From positions 97,466,001 through 97,530,000 of the forward strand of contig NC_045697.1 of NCBI RefSeq assembly GCF_009834535.1: a stretch of 64,000 nt of DNA, read 5' to 3'. This DNA is from Camelus ferus (Eukaryota). The stretch's first letter is position 1. Each line of letters starts with the position of its first letter. This document shows positions 12,927-25,756 of the stretch, one piece after another. The notes under the pieces are model-generated. The model saw nothing but the letters and a program-made list of their open reading frames with translations, searched no databases and was not told where the DNA came from. The position numbers and the translations under genes are program-made.

Positions 12927-14568
12927 TTGAGTATGAACTGAAGTTCTAACGGCTACCAGATGGAGTGGGTTTGATGTGACTCTTATACTTCTTCTTACTC
13001 ATTTTTCTTGATATCAGCTCCTCAGGTATTGGTGAATGGAAGGGGGAAAAGTAAACACAGATCCCTTCGTACATGATAGTAGCAACTCTTCTACCTGCTT
13101 CCCCGGTCCGGACCCAAACCCACTGTTCTAGTGCTTTGTCTACAGCCTCAGTGTGGAGAGATGGTAGCTGACTTTTTAGCAGCACCCTTAGGTACTGGCA
13201 GCTCCTTGAGAGTTCATCTGTGCTCTCCCAGTGGAACCTCAGGAGGGAGTGGTCTTAAGCTGCTATGCTCTCTGCAGCTGTCCCACCAAAACCACAGACC
13301 CCAGTTGCATCTGTTTGAGAGTTAATTCTGTGGGCATGGGCAGGATCCATCTCCCTCACTCCGTGGGCGGTGGCAGCTGCGGGGGAGGAGTGAGGTTGTC
13401 CCTGACCCCGGCCCCTTCCGCCAGACCTTTTTCAGTGTGTTCTCCCACACTTCATTTCTCTACTGTTCCATTAGCACAAAGCATGACAACCAGCAGACTT
13501 CAAAGAATATAACACAAGTTTTACCTTCTTGCAACTCCTCCTGATTGCTTAGCTTGGGGAAAAGAAAAGCATCCCCTAGTTTCCAGAAGAATGGGGTTAC
13601 GTATCAGATAGCATTGCAGGAATCAGGACACTTTTTGCTTTCACTCATGCAAACAGACTTTGTAAGACTGACAAAAATGCCTCTTTTTGTTCTTCTTTTT
13701 TTTTTATTCTATAAAGTTTCCGTGACTTTATATGACAGTTTGTTGCCCTTGGCATCTTAGCATTTTTACAGCCAAGAAAGGCAGAGCTAGGCACTTCTGG
13801 CAAGACAATAGGATTTGAAGCTCAGCAGGCCTGTGATTTTATAATAATGTCAAAGGACCAAACAACTATAACTTTTAACCCTTCGTGTTTGGGTTGATGA
13901 TTCCAGGCAGTTGTATTATTTGACTTTCGGAGTCTCTCTTTTCAGAGCTCAGTGTTGAGATTTGATTCCTGAGGGAGAAAAAAGTACTTTGTGCATCTTG
14001 AAGCAGGATGGCATTAAATTTCTTACTTCCTCCTCATTGTTTGGTTTAGCTGGCTGACACCTCGCGCTGACTTTGGGAGTTTTAGGGGGGTTAACTATTG
14101 GGTTTCAACGTCTCTAGCTTCATGTGAAGCATCTGCAAATAATCAAGATACAGAAAGCCACTCAGAGTGGGAGCTGCCTCCGGGATTTGATTGAACTCAA
14201 CCTTCCTGTGAGCCCCATTTCTTTGTTTACATACATTCCTGCTCTGTAGGCCAACTTCCTGTCAAAAAGCAGCGTACCAAATTTGAGCATTTAGAAAACA
14301 GTGTGGCTGAAACCATTATAACTCTGGCAACAGACTTCAAGTAATTATTATTTTTAAAGGATATGTTTAAAAAAAAATACAGCATCTCACCCTAACTTTC
14401 AGGATTCAGATCCTTTCCATACAATTACACACATTCACGCACTTCTTTATAGAAAGGGAAATTAGTGCTATTTTCTGCACAAAAATATCTGTCAGTACAG
14501 ACCCTGTTTGGAGACATCAAAGTGACATACTACAAAGACTGAAAAGGAAAGGAACTTATTTTTCAAAA
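12927..14568 (+). pseudogene. Copy A: blocks equivalent to desmoplakin exons 14-16
   Basis: FLDISS..WKGEK*TQI ~ dystonin FLEDSQ..FSGSDITQL; HLQIIKIQ..CLRDLIELNLPV ~ DSP ELQKIRRQ..CEGRMTLKNLPL; KQRTKFEHLENSVA ~ plectin KAQAEVEGLGKGVA; GTYFSK| ~ AIYLEK|. Confidence 0.6.
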
Positions 14569-17308
14569 GTGATAAATCTCTGTGAGAAGAGACACAGTGT
14601 GACCAATCCCATATGGTATAAATTTGAGCAATACAAGTTTCTCAAATCACTCTGGTGTCATGGTTCCTTTGGATCTTTCCGTGTATCATCCTTTACCAGT
14701 TATTTTCTACGTTTTAGATCTAGTTCTACCTTCTTTTTCAAAATATTACTTACTATATATACTCTTTCCTTCTCGCTCTTAATATTTCATTCTCGCTTTC
14801 CCCCGACAAATCTTAGTTTTCTTTCCTAGATGATACCTATTTTTACCATACACCCTAAATACGTAGTTTCACCCCTCCATTCCTTGCCTACTTCTCTCCG
14901 AGATATACATCATAGTGTCAAGTCTATGCTAGATCTAATTAGGACTAGATTGGATCAGGTCTCTACCACCCAGAAATCATTCTTTCCGTGGTCATCTGTG
15001 ACCTCCTTATGATTAAATCGGAAAGCAATGGGCAGGTTTCACTGTGTATTTATTATCCTTTCCCCAGAATTTGATTCTCTTGATGGCACCCCCCCTTGAA
15101 ACGTCATCCTCCCTTGTTTTCTAGGACATTATTGTTTCTGCTTTAATTACCATTACAGGCTCCTTTTCTTCCCACATATTGTAAATCTAGGCGGTTCCTA
15201 GGCTGCCATTTTTAGATGCAGTGTTTTTCTAATCTGCACACTCTCTCTCTTCCATAGCATTAGTTGCACAGTAGATGCTGATGAGTCCCGGATCTATACA
15301 TCTAGCCTGTGAGCCTCCTCACTTACTACATCCTTCGAGTGGCCAATTTCTATCCGTCCTACCTGCACATCTCCCTTGAATCTTTTATTTATCACCATCT
15401 CCTACCTTAGAAACAGTATAATATAGAGGGATCCAGAGTCAGACTCCCTATGTGTACATCCTGGCTCTGCCTCCTGCTAGCTGCATAACTGAGGCTGAGT
15501 TATTTAACTCCTCTGTACCGCAGCTTCCACATAGTCAAACGAAGATAAAAACAGACTTATTCACAGTGTGTGCCGATGTTATTATTACACTTATTACAAT
15601 TCCATTTATCATCATTTTAAAGAAATCTCCATAGTTATAATTATAATCACCACCTAACAGGTCACCCTCTCCCACGCCCCATTTTGACTCTTTTAAAATT
15701 AATCTTCTGCCAAAGAGATCGATCTCCCTGAAATGTTAGTGTATCTTTTCTTTCCAGTACCTACAATTGTAGGATGGCTCCGCTTAAGTTTCACAATCTA
15801 ATTCTGACCAGCCCCGCTTTACAAGATATGATTCCTGCCAACCTTTTGAACCTAACCTATTGGCACAGAGGAGAATGGAGGACACCAGATCTCTCCTCCA
15901 GCTCTCCAGCAGCAATTGTGATGCCATATATCCAACCTCTCAGTAATAGAATTATTTTCCCTTTGGCAAAAAATTTCTACTTGTCTATTTCCTAAGCTGC
16001 ATTCTAAACAGATAGGCAAGTTGAAAACGAGATTTAATGATTTTTATGGGTACAGCCACGTTGTGAATTGAGGCAGCAATCCTGAAATACAAATATCATT
16101 ACACACCTTCTGTGCACAGCCACCTATCATTTATATTCTGTATTAGTCTGACCTCCTTTACATTTTGTTCCTGGTGTTTCATTTCACTCTGTCATGCTTC
16201 ACTGTACTGAAAGCAATAACCATGGACATGAAATAAATTGATTGTGTTCAAGAGAGATAGTGTAGATGGTGGAGGTAATTAAGTAGAGAGGTAAATCTTC
16301 CTACAAAACCAAAACTGACATTCTTTTCTGTAGTCCTGAAACTTTAGTTACTCCACTTTAAAAATGTTATTTACTTAAGCAAAAGAGGACAGCTCAGTAT
16401 GCATTACACTAATGTGAGTTCTAGAAAGTGTGTAATGAGGATAATCATGAATTAGGGTCCCTAAGGGTCATCAAAGTTGTGAAGAAAAAATTTAATCAAA
16501 TTAATTAAAACAATCCATTGGAACATGGCAGTATGCTTGTGTACCATACTACAGTTTCTCAGCATTGAAAAGGACACAGAACTAGTATTTTTTGCTGTTC
16601 ATTAAGGATAACTTATATATTGTACTTTTTACTTAAAGTGACACAATTAAAGTTCAGAATAGTGTAGTGTAGTCTCATCACTTTATATTTGATAAACAGA
16701 AACAGAAAGACAGTGACTTAATAGAAATGAATCACATAATTGGAAGAATAAAACACACCTCTACCAATTCCTGTATTACCAGAAAAAGATTGATTTATTT
16801 CTTTATTATTAGTGGACTTGACATGAAATGCTTGAGATAATTTTATCAAATAATATAATACTTAATATATAACTTCAGAATTCCCTCTTCAATTTTTCCA
16901 ACTCATTAGAACAATAATAATTTGGTTAGTATCAGTATTTTTAGGTATTTAAAAATATGAGTTATCTCTTCAATAGAGTCACTCATATTAGTTTAGTTTT
17001 AGATGTTACTCAAAGCACCTTCTTAGTAAATCATGATTTATGATGTGATAGTTAGCATTACACATTTATTTTCTAGCACTGGTACAAATTGATTGTTGGC
17101 AAATTTCTTTTTTTTGGCAAATTTATTACTCTGCCTTGAGTGTTTTGGAAATAACTACAGCTTCTCAAATTATTTAAATAATCTATTTTAATAAATAATA
17201 TTGCATATACTTACTATATGTCAGTGCTCAGAGATAGGTGAGATGACACTTATCAAAGATAGACAGAATGAAAATGTCTTTCTTTGTCTATGAGTGTTAT
17301 TTAAACAG

Positions 17309-17495
17309 CAGTCCTCTGTCTTCTTACATTTGAGACTATTGATCGGGTCACAGTGGCAGAGGAACGGGGGCACCAGTGTGCACGCTGTCCGCGTGAGCAG
17401 TGCTGCCTCATGAGCCCCTCAGAAGTGAGTCAGGGAACAGTCAGCAGAACTGCTCCAAAGTTTGCTTCGTGGAAAGCAGATAAGTGGTCCCTCAG
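17309..17495 (+). pseudogene. Copy A: stop-free pseudo-exon equivalent to desmoplakin exon 18
   Basis: TFETIDRVTVAEERGHQ ~ plectin TFDALRDELRGAQEVGER; ends ..WSLR with a phase-2 CAG|gtaagg donor, the same residue and phase as the recalled DSP/plectin boundary. Confidence 0.7.
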
Positions 17496-18515
17496 GTAAG
17501 GAAGACTCAGACAATAAAGCTTCACAGATTGTAAGCAACACCTTAATTGTGTTTGAATGTGAACAGGAAGTCAGTGCAGTTCTCTGCTGTAAAATGAAGT
17601 TTACATTACTAAGGAAGCATGTGCTTTATTCTGTACCCTTGGAAACTTCAGAATAGATGCCAGTGGGGTATTAATATTTGATCACCTTTAATATTTCAAA
17701 AGCCTTAATTTGAAACAGTCAGGTGCCACATGGAATATGTGATCTTCCTGAGTATTTGTGATATCTTTATGCTATAACTGGATTTGTGCTTATCCAGATT
17801 TAATGAAACATATTGTACATAAAAGGAATAGCTACATATCAAAATAGTCTATCTTGTCGCATACCATCCAGGTCCTTCCTTTGCTGTATTTTCAACTATT
17901 TTACGTTGACTCTATTTATAGATTTTGTTTTGTTTTGTTTAAATATCCTTCTTATGAATTGGACTGTAAGCTCTTTGAAGACAAGGTCTACGCCTGCCTA
18001 GGTTTATTACCAAATAATCAGGAACCAGTTCAGTCTCTGGAATTGGAGGGGCCCAATAACCATCAGTTGAATGAATTAATGTTCTTTTAATGTTGTTTTG
18101 AAAGGTATGGGGAGGAAGATAGTGCTGTGTGATTTAATCCTAGAGCATACAGAACAGGAGTGAAATAAACTCAAAGCATGTTTACTTTTAATAAACAAAT
18201 AATATTAAACCAAGAATTCCTTTATAAAAACTTTTATATTCTTATTATGAAAAACAACAAAAACAAACCTGTTTGTACAGTGTAAAATAGTAGGACCAAT
18301 ACAACATTAAAAATTTTTTTAATGTTTATATTTAGAATTTCAAGTATCAGTAATATTTTCCCAGAATCTATCCTGATATTCTTTATAAACAGAAGAAAAT
18401 GTGTAATATAAAAATAATATGGTCATGTCTTTTGTACAAAATAATGCAATTGATGATACATTATTATTCTAAGTTTATATAATTTCCCTTGTCTGTTCCC
18501 TATTGTGACAAATAG

Positions 18516-19830
18516 CATGGGTTTGTAAAATGACTGTCTAGAGAAAGGGCAAAAAATTGTGTCCGTGGAGTATGGAAAAGGTAACAGGCCTCCACAGGCA
18601 GTAAACTCATGGTTTCATTGTGTTAGTTCAAGGCTCATCCCCATGGAGCAGAGCGGCAAGGATTTGGGGTCCATTTCTTTTCTCACACAACATCCTTAAC
18701 ACTCATCATTGCACTCAGCCTTTTCATAGCTTTGCAGCTTGGAAATTCCACAACTTTTGGGTTGTACAACTAATGTAAACTCCAGATCACAATCCACTTC
18801 TTAATATAAGCATGTGTTCAAGACCATTTCCTAATATAGAAAGATATGCTCTCTATTCTGATTACATTCTGCAACATTTGGTTATTTTTCTTTGGCCCAC
18901 CCTGGAACCTCATTGTAATGTGGAAAGCTCTCAAATATTTAGATAAGAATATAAATAAAAATTACTTCTGTCTTCTTTTATAAACCTATTGCTACTGTTA
19001 CTCCTGCCTCATCTGCTGTCACTTTTAATTTTTCTTATTTGACTACAAACCAAGATTCTTGATTTCACAGTGTTTTTTTTTCTCACATAGCATTTGAAGT
19101 TTGTAATTGTTTTTACTAAAGATCAGTTTACTAAAATTCCTCCACATGCTTCTTTGTTAACATTCAGTATCTCAAACAATACTTTTATGTAGTGGTTGCT
19201 TAATAATTATCCTATATCTATTGGAAAAAAAAACATCATAAAAGTTAAATTTACTTACTTTCTGAAAAAATACATACATATTCACACACACAGATGTGAA
19301 TGTACATATGTATACATTTATCTCTATATCTACATTTAAGATGTGTAGATATATATGAGGATACTACAGAAAAAATATATGTCAATATGTCCCTCAAAAT
19401 CACCATAGTAGATGTTCTATGGGAGACATATATGTGAAACACTTTCGAAGATGGTACTTTTGAGACAAAAGATAGTGATCCCTCATTTCAAGAAAGTCTT
19501 ACTGAATCTAGAAATAAGATCTAAATAAAACGTATTGAATTGAGTGTCAAAAATATTCCAAAATCATGCATGTGATAAGCCAAGAGTTGCCACAGTGCTT
19601 TGGAAAATGGTCAACAAATAACGTTAAACTTCAACCCCAATGCAAGGAATACTGTAGAACTGTTGAAAGTCACTCATCCTATTCTTTGATATAAACCATT
19701 AGCAGATTATAATCAAACAGAGATCTTAACCATACACTTTGGTGTCATAGGAGTATGCTTGTCATAATACTCTGCTACTGAAGAGAAGGATGGAGAAATA
19801 GGGTATGAGGATGGAAAGAGAATGAACAGA
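18516..19830 (+). pseudogene. Copy A: end of the plakin domain (blocks ~18516-18700 and ~19480-19830)
   Basis: LEKGQK..QAVNSWF..FLTQ ~ DSP LEKQIK..QAFCKWL..FLNE; I*IKR..V..I..C ~ ISGKR..V..I..C; SCHSALE ~ SYTSGLE; AD..TEILT ~ AD..IELLT. Confidence 0.65.
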
Positions 19831-21784
19831 TAAATATTTTTCAGAGAAATTTTATTTTTTATCTTTAATGAGATATGTATGTTTACTATCTTTGTTTTGA
19901 AAACAAAAATAATAAACAGACCCCAGAAAAGGAAAAAGAAAATAAAATCTGAGCTTTTAGTTTAAATCCAATTTTGTAAACTCTTCTTTCATGTAAAAAA
20001 AAATCTATCCTCAGACAGAAAAAAGCTCCCTATTTTATTTGATATTACAGATTTAAATAACTTTGGGTATCTATTTTGTTTAGGTGAGGTAAGAGGGCAT
20101 GATACTTACTATTTTGAAATTATTTTGTCAAAGGATATTGCTAGATATGAATAACAGAAGATTCCATGTAGTTTAATTTTATAAGAGAAATTTAAGAATT
20201 AAATTTCTGTTTACGAAGCTGTAAAAACCCACATCAGATTATCATCATCCTCATGGTATCATGACTATCCATTTACTGTAAATTAATTTGCTGGAATGCT
20301 GTATTTTTTGTTTTCACTAGTGTCCATTGTGCCATCCTAAATTTGGGGTGATCTCACTACTTTCCATCTTTCCTGGGTTTGCGATTGCTCCTTCCCTGTT
20401 CTCTTAGAAGTCACTTTACATCCCAGAGCAAAAACCACTCAGGCCTTACTGTGACAGAGATCTTACAGTGACCACACTCCTTCCATTTCCTCCCAACACT
20501 TACTCAAGACATAAATTCTGGCAATTGAAACAGAGTTCATGCTGTAGGTATCATATTTCTCAATCAACATCAACAAATAATAGCTTTACTCTGGGAAAGT
20601 GAAACTATGGAGTCTGTCTTTCTGTTCAAAGTCGGCACTGGCTGGAAAAGGCATTATTAAACCTGAATTTCCTTTAACTTCAAGAGACAAAGCTGCAGGG
20701 TTTGTTGTCAGTGATCCAAGGCAAGAATTCTCAATGTGGGTACATACTTTCCTATAGAATGTTATTAGGTGCCATGTAGGAAAGAAAATGTTGTCATTTA
20801 AAAAAAAATTGGGGGGGAAGGATGGGTTGAAGAAGTTGAGCAAGTGTCCTTACTGCAAGGATCTTCAGTATCTTAATGTGTAGCATCTATTTACAGAATG
20901 TGCTGAGCTCTTTGGGAAGTTCAAGTCTAACCCGAGCCCCATTGTAAGTCAGCATTAAGGACAACTGCCTTCACCCTGAAGGAGCCATGGTGGTGACTCA
21001 ACCACATTATCAGAGTATGATTTTCAAAGAAAATGAATGAGTACACATGGGCATAGTCTCTAGCCTCTCTTTTCCTCCTATAAAGCCTAGAAAGGCTCCT
21101 GCGAAGTGCCTACCTGGAAAAGCATAACGTAGGCAGCTCTAAGAACAGAACCAGAAAATAGCTTCCACTTATTCACAGCCTCCAGGTAGAAGAGTGTGAT
21201 GAACTCTTGATGCCTGGTTCCAGACTTTGTATGGTCCAATCTAGCTTATACAAGGTTTTTTTTTGGATTTGAGAAAGCACTCCAGCTAGCAACAATTTGT
21301 TGTTTTGTCTCCCCTCTGCAAATACTCCTCTTAAAGGCTTTGTGAGTAAAGTTGTTTTGACTGAGGGCAGAATCAAAGTATTTTGGGTACTCTAGCCAAA
21401 ATCAGCTTAATATTATTTGAAATCCCACCTTGGATACATCCTTTTCTTTAATATTTCTTTCATATGTAACAGTTTTTGTGTACTTGCTTAAACCCATAGT
21501 TTTTGCTTTTTAATTTGAGTCTATGGAATAGCTGTTAATTTAGTAGGGTTCAGATGTTGGCTCCACTACTTACTAGATAGGTCGTCTTCATTTCTTAATA
21601 TTTTTGAGCCACGATTTCCTAAAACATAAATGAAATTATTAATACCTACCTCATAGTGTTATTTCAAGTAATGCCTGAAAAGATATACATAGTCATTAAA
21701 ATAGTACAAGGCATATCATAAGAGCTAGATAAATTATAATAGCTACACATTTGATATCTTAATACCATCCATTGTGTTCGATTA

Positions 21785-22145
21785 CTTTATTTTTTATTTT
21801 TCTTAATTGAACTATAGTCGGTTTATAATGTTGTGTTAATTCCTGGTGCGTAGCATAGTGTTTCAGTTATACATACATATATTTATATATATATTCCTTT
21901 TCATGTTTTTCATTATAGGTTACTACAAAATATTGAATATAGTTCCCTGTGCTATACAGTAGGGCCTCGTTGTTTGTTTTATATATAGTAGTGTGTATCT
22001 GCAAATTCTGAACTCCCAATTTATCCCTCCACCCTTCCCCTTTTCCCCCTAGTAACTATAAATTTGTTTTCTATGTCTGTGAGTCTGTTTGTTTGACAAA
22101 TAAGTTCATTTGTGTCATTTTTTAAAATATTCTACATATAAGTGA
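21785..22145 (-). mobile_element. 5'-truncated young L1
   Basis: Same 3' UTR family; attactt on both flanks. Confidence 0.85.
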
Positions 22146-22229
22146 CCAATTACTTGTAGAATAGATTCCAGACTTTTTGACAATCACATGTGAAATCGTT
22201 CTCTTTCTGCTTAACTTCCCCCATTTTGT

Positions 22230-22620
22230 GCTACTTTTCACTTCTGTATCTAGCTGGTCCCACTGGCCTTTAATCTGGTCCTTTAATACATCAAGCTTGC
22301 TCTACTTATTTGTACTTGCTCTGCTTATTTCCTAGAATTCCCGTCTGTAACATTTTTATTTGGTTGAATCCCTCCTGTCACTCAGGTCTCAGTTCAAATG
22401 TCACCTTTCCTGAACATAAAAAAGACACTGTTGTTTTAATGATATTTACCATTTGTTGAAATTCTCTTGTATGTTTCTTTGTTTACTTGCTTTTGCCTAT
22501 CTTCACCATGGTGTAGGGCATAGGGGCCCTCTCTGTTATGTTCAACACTATATTCAAAGTGCTTAGAATAGTGTTTGGATCAAGGTCAATTCTCAATCAA
22601 TTTTTGCTCAATAAAATAAA
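22230..22620 (+). mobile_element. L2 fragment
   Basis: caggtctcagttcaaatgtcacc and gtgcttagaatagtgtttgg..ctcaatcaatttttg motifs. Confidence 0.6.
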
Positions 22621-23019
22621 TGGGGTAGATTGTGGCATAGTAAGTGATTCTTCTGTGGGTTTGGCCAGGACTAGAAGTTGTGGATATTCTGGTACCTGGC
22701 GCCAGAGTGAGGTGCCTGGGAGATAGCTGAGTGAGATACGTAGTCAGCAATATTAGCTCTTCATTCTAATCATTAATCCATGTTATGGTGCAGAAAGAAA
22801 AGGACAACACTGGGACGTTATAAACTTGATGCACCAACATATATTCATGACTGGCAGTGTCAGATGATCATAAAGTCACCATCGCACTCTTGTTGACTGG
22901 CAGCCTGTGTGCTCAGAGCCAGAAACATGCATCAGAGGAACACTTTTGGGACTTAATCTAAGATACACATGGGAGAATGGTCTTAAGAGTTTCTGCCTGT
23001 AGGACAAACTTAGATATCA

Positions 23020-24090
23020 AAAATAGCCCAGGGCACCTAGCACTCAATTCTTGATTTCTAATATCATTCTTCAATAAAAGGAACTAGGGCTACTTGTTAA
23101 AATGACTGAATCTGGGGCTAGGGCAGAGAATATACAAGATGACCCAGACTATCTTATAGTGCCCCCAAATAAGGAGGTACTCAAATAGCAAAAGCAAACA
23201 AGAAATCCTTACACTGATGGGGATATGTCAAAGGTACACAGGTACCAATTAAAAGAGTTCTGAAAGGCCAAAGAACAATTTGAGCAACAAAATAAATAAC
23301 GTAGTATTGGATTATAGCCCAAAATATAAAACAAATATTCATGAATCTAAACTACTATAAAGAAATAAGTGAATGAGTAAATAAATGGGGGGAAAAGAAA
23401 CAAATCTCCCTTGCAGAAGAATTCCAAATGATTTCTGTAGATACTCTACTCTCAAGGAGGTAAAGAATTAATACCTCTTGAATGTGGGGTGCTCATAGTG
23501 TCTTTCTTCTAATGAGTAGAGTATGAATGAAAAAGGAAGGAATAACTTTACAGTGGAAAAAACTGACAAACACTACTTTAGTCAGGTGATCAAGATTAAC
23601 ATCAGTGATGATAAATCTTATAATATGTGGCCTTGATATGATGTGATGGTACTTTGATACTTTGCCTCTGTGGTCTTCCTCCCCAGAACCCCAGTCTCAT
23701 CATGAGAAAAAATATTAGACAAATACCAATTGATGAACATTCTACAAGATACCCAACTAATACTCCTCCAAAATATCAGGCTTATCAGAAACAAAAAAAG
23801 TCTGAGAAAATATCTCAATCAAGTGGAGCCTAAAGAGACAAGGCTGACTAAAGGTATAGTGGTATCTTAGAAGGGATCTTGTAATAGAAAAAGGACACTA
23901 GGCAAAAACTAAAGAAATATTAAAAAAAAAAATTGGCTTTAGTTAATAATTTATCAATATTGGTTGGTTTATTAGTTCTTATAAATGTACCATACTAGTT
24001 AATAAGAGCAGAAACTAAGTTTCAGTATATGGGAATTATTTGTGTTACCTTTGAAATTTTTCTATAAATTTAAAATTATTCTCAAGTAAA
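23020..24090 (+). mobile_element. Old L1M (L1MC/MD-like) 3' region
   Basis: ctgacaaacactactttagtcaggtgatcaag and aaatgtaccatacta motifs typical of L1MC 3' UTRs. Confidence 0.7.
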
Positions 24091-25756
24091 TTTTTTTTTC
24101 AAAATCCATGATAACCATTCATACTTGACTTTATGGAAACAAGCGATGAGTATACTGAGTGACAGTTTAAATATACTTCAAAAACACTTAATATTCTATA
24201 GTTGTTATTAAATCAACTTTTGTGTTTATATATTAAATGTAGAAAAAGACATCTGATGTACAAATGAATGAATTAATGAAAAACCAAGATTTTTATTTTT
24301 GTGTATGTTATTATAAAAATTAATCCTTAGATATTTTATGATTTTGAGAGGAAAATAAATGAAAAAGAAGCTAGACTTTTTAGGTTTAAATCAAGCAGTG
24401 AAGAAGAAAATCCTTAGGTAATAATTTTATTTTAGCTAAATGTAAAACAAAATAATAATAGCATACTTTTATGTGGTTATTTCTATAATAAGAATCAAAA
24501 GCTTTTTAGAGCCATTATCTCATTCTTTCAGCATCATTGTGTAGATTAAGATATGAAAAAAAAAAGCCCTTTTTTTAATATAAAGAATAGTTCTTTAAAA
24601 ATTCAGGCTGTGACAAACATTGTTTAATTTAGTCATTTCTAAGCCTGAATGGACCAACTTCCTTTGGGTTGTGTAACTATTTTTAGTATAAGGCAGATAT
24701 TTTTATATAATTCCCCAAGGAAACCATCTATTCTTATCTCTGTTCTCAGAATCCTGATTTTTTTTTAAATAGAAAAAGACAGAAAAGATGCATGAAAATA
24801 AGGTTAAAGAGTTAGAAACTTAAGTTTACCATAAATAAAGACACTTTTTCAAAGTTGGCAAAAGTTCAAAAAATGATAATAGTATATTGGTAAGATACAG
24901 TGAAATTGATGATCCTACTACATCACTCGTGATAATATCGATGGATTTCTTTTTGAAAAACAACTAGAAAGTCTCTCTCATTCCACTTGGAGCAAGTAAT
25001 CTCATATCTTTAAATGTATCACAAGAAAGAATACAGAATATTAAAAAAGGGGGAAAAACTGCTGGAAAATGAAAATTAATTTTAATATAGTGTACATTTG
25101 AAAATAAACAATTTAAAATGCACCCAAATAAAGAACTGGGTAAGAAAATAACATTATTGGAGAAATTTATGCATTTATTAAAATACTTGCAAAGAATACC
25201 AATGAATTTAAAGCCTTAAAAAAAAGCCAGTATAAAAATATAGATACTCTCAAAAACATTAGCTTAGTATCCTTTATTCTAAAGCTTACATATCATTTTG
25301 ACAACTGTTCGCCAAAGCAAATTACTAGTTTTATTTATATATGCTATATTGTAATTAATTCAGTTTGATGGAAGTATTGAAAGCTACGTTGCCCAAATTG
25401 ACCATTTTTGAAAGCATCATTAAGGCTTTTCTAGGGTTGTAATGGTTAACTAATGACATGACATTAAAATTTTTTCAGCCTAAAACCATATCGGTCATGC
25501 ACCACTGAGTAAGATTTGAGGAACTCAAGCAATGATTCACATGTTGAAGTGGACAAAAAGAAAAAAAGAAAAGAAAAAGAAAAAATGTCTTAAAAAATAA
25601 GTGCTGGTTTTGCTTTTAGGTATTCTGTTAGTTGCAGAATGGTAATGGAGACCAGATTAAGCTTCTCAGCTTTCCATGAAGGTTTACAAACTCATCTTCT
25701 ATTCACTTGGTTCTTAAAATTATGCTCTATCATTAAAGTAAAAATATAAAATTACC

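Larger units (their letters stand above)
560..25720 (+). pseudogene. Decayed plakin-family gene, copy A (plectin/dystonin-like): CH1-CH2, plakin domain with SH3, plakin repeats; many stops and frameshifts
   Basis: About 20 collinear blocks translated by eye. Examples: 1468-1520 TSLP*GRLSDPIRHMK ~ TSSWRDGRLFNAIIHRHK; 1576-1599 E*SITT*L ~ EKSIITYV; 6031-6140 LSNEFHLRF..KRPRLELS ~ plectin IRTEYNLRL..RRPELEDS; 9205-9328 FF..RNLVRSFCLRISC ~ dystonin FF..RNLKDAIQRKYSC; 11992-12006 ER*K* ~ desmoplakin ERSKW; 20647-20718 KGIIKP..AAGFVVSDP ~ plakin-repeat KGLLRP..AATGFIIDP. Reference sequences recalled, not searched. Confidence 0.8.
20365..25720 (+). pseudogene. Copy A: C-terminal plakin repeats (PRD ~20370-21180, linker ~22750-22960, second PRD ~25370-25720), interrupted by TEs
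   Basis: FLGLR (20370) ~ FDGLR; KGIIKP and AAGFVVSDP; KKMLS ~ HKLLS; KGSCEVPTWKSIT* ~ KGFFDPNTHENLTY; ILIINPCYGAE ~ linker VVIVDPETGKE; KLTIFESI ~ KLSIYEAM; GDQIKL ~ GQQISL. Confidence 0.65.

Noticed and set aside
12946..13350. Minus-strand frame (MDPAHAH..MSKKKYKSHIKPTPS) as a retrocopy of an unknown gene
   Set aside because: No recognisable homologue. The + strand of part of the same interval aligns to the plakin domain, so it is likely an antisense shadow.
14495..14620. Tensin/PTEN-like VINLCEKRH motif
   Set aside because: Short chance match with no other phosphatase motifs nearby.
19690..19745. ADYNQTEILTIHFG as an SH3-insert motif
   Set aside because: Out of domain order; it fits better as the last helix of the plakin domain.
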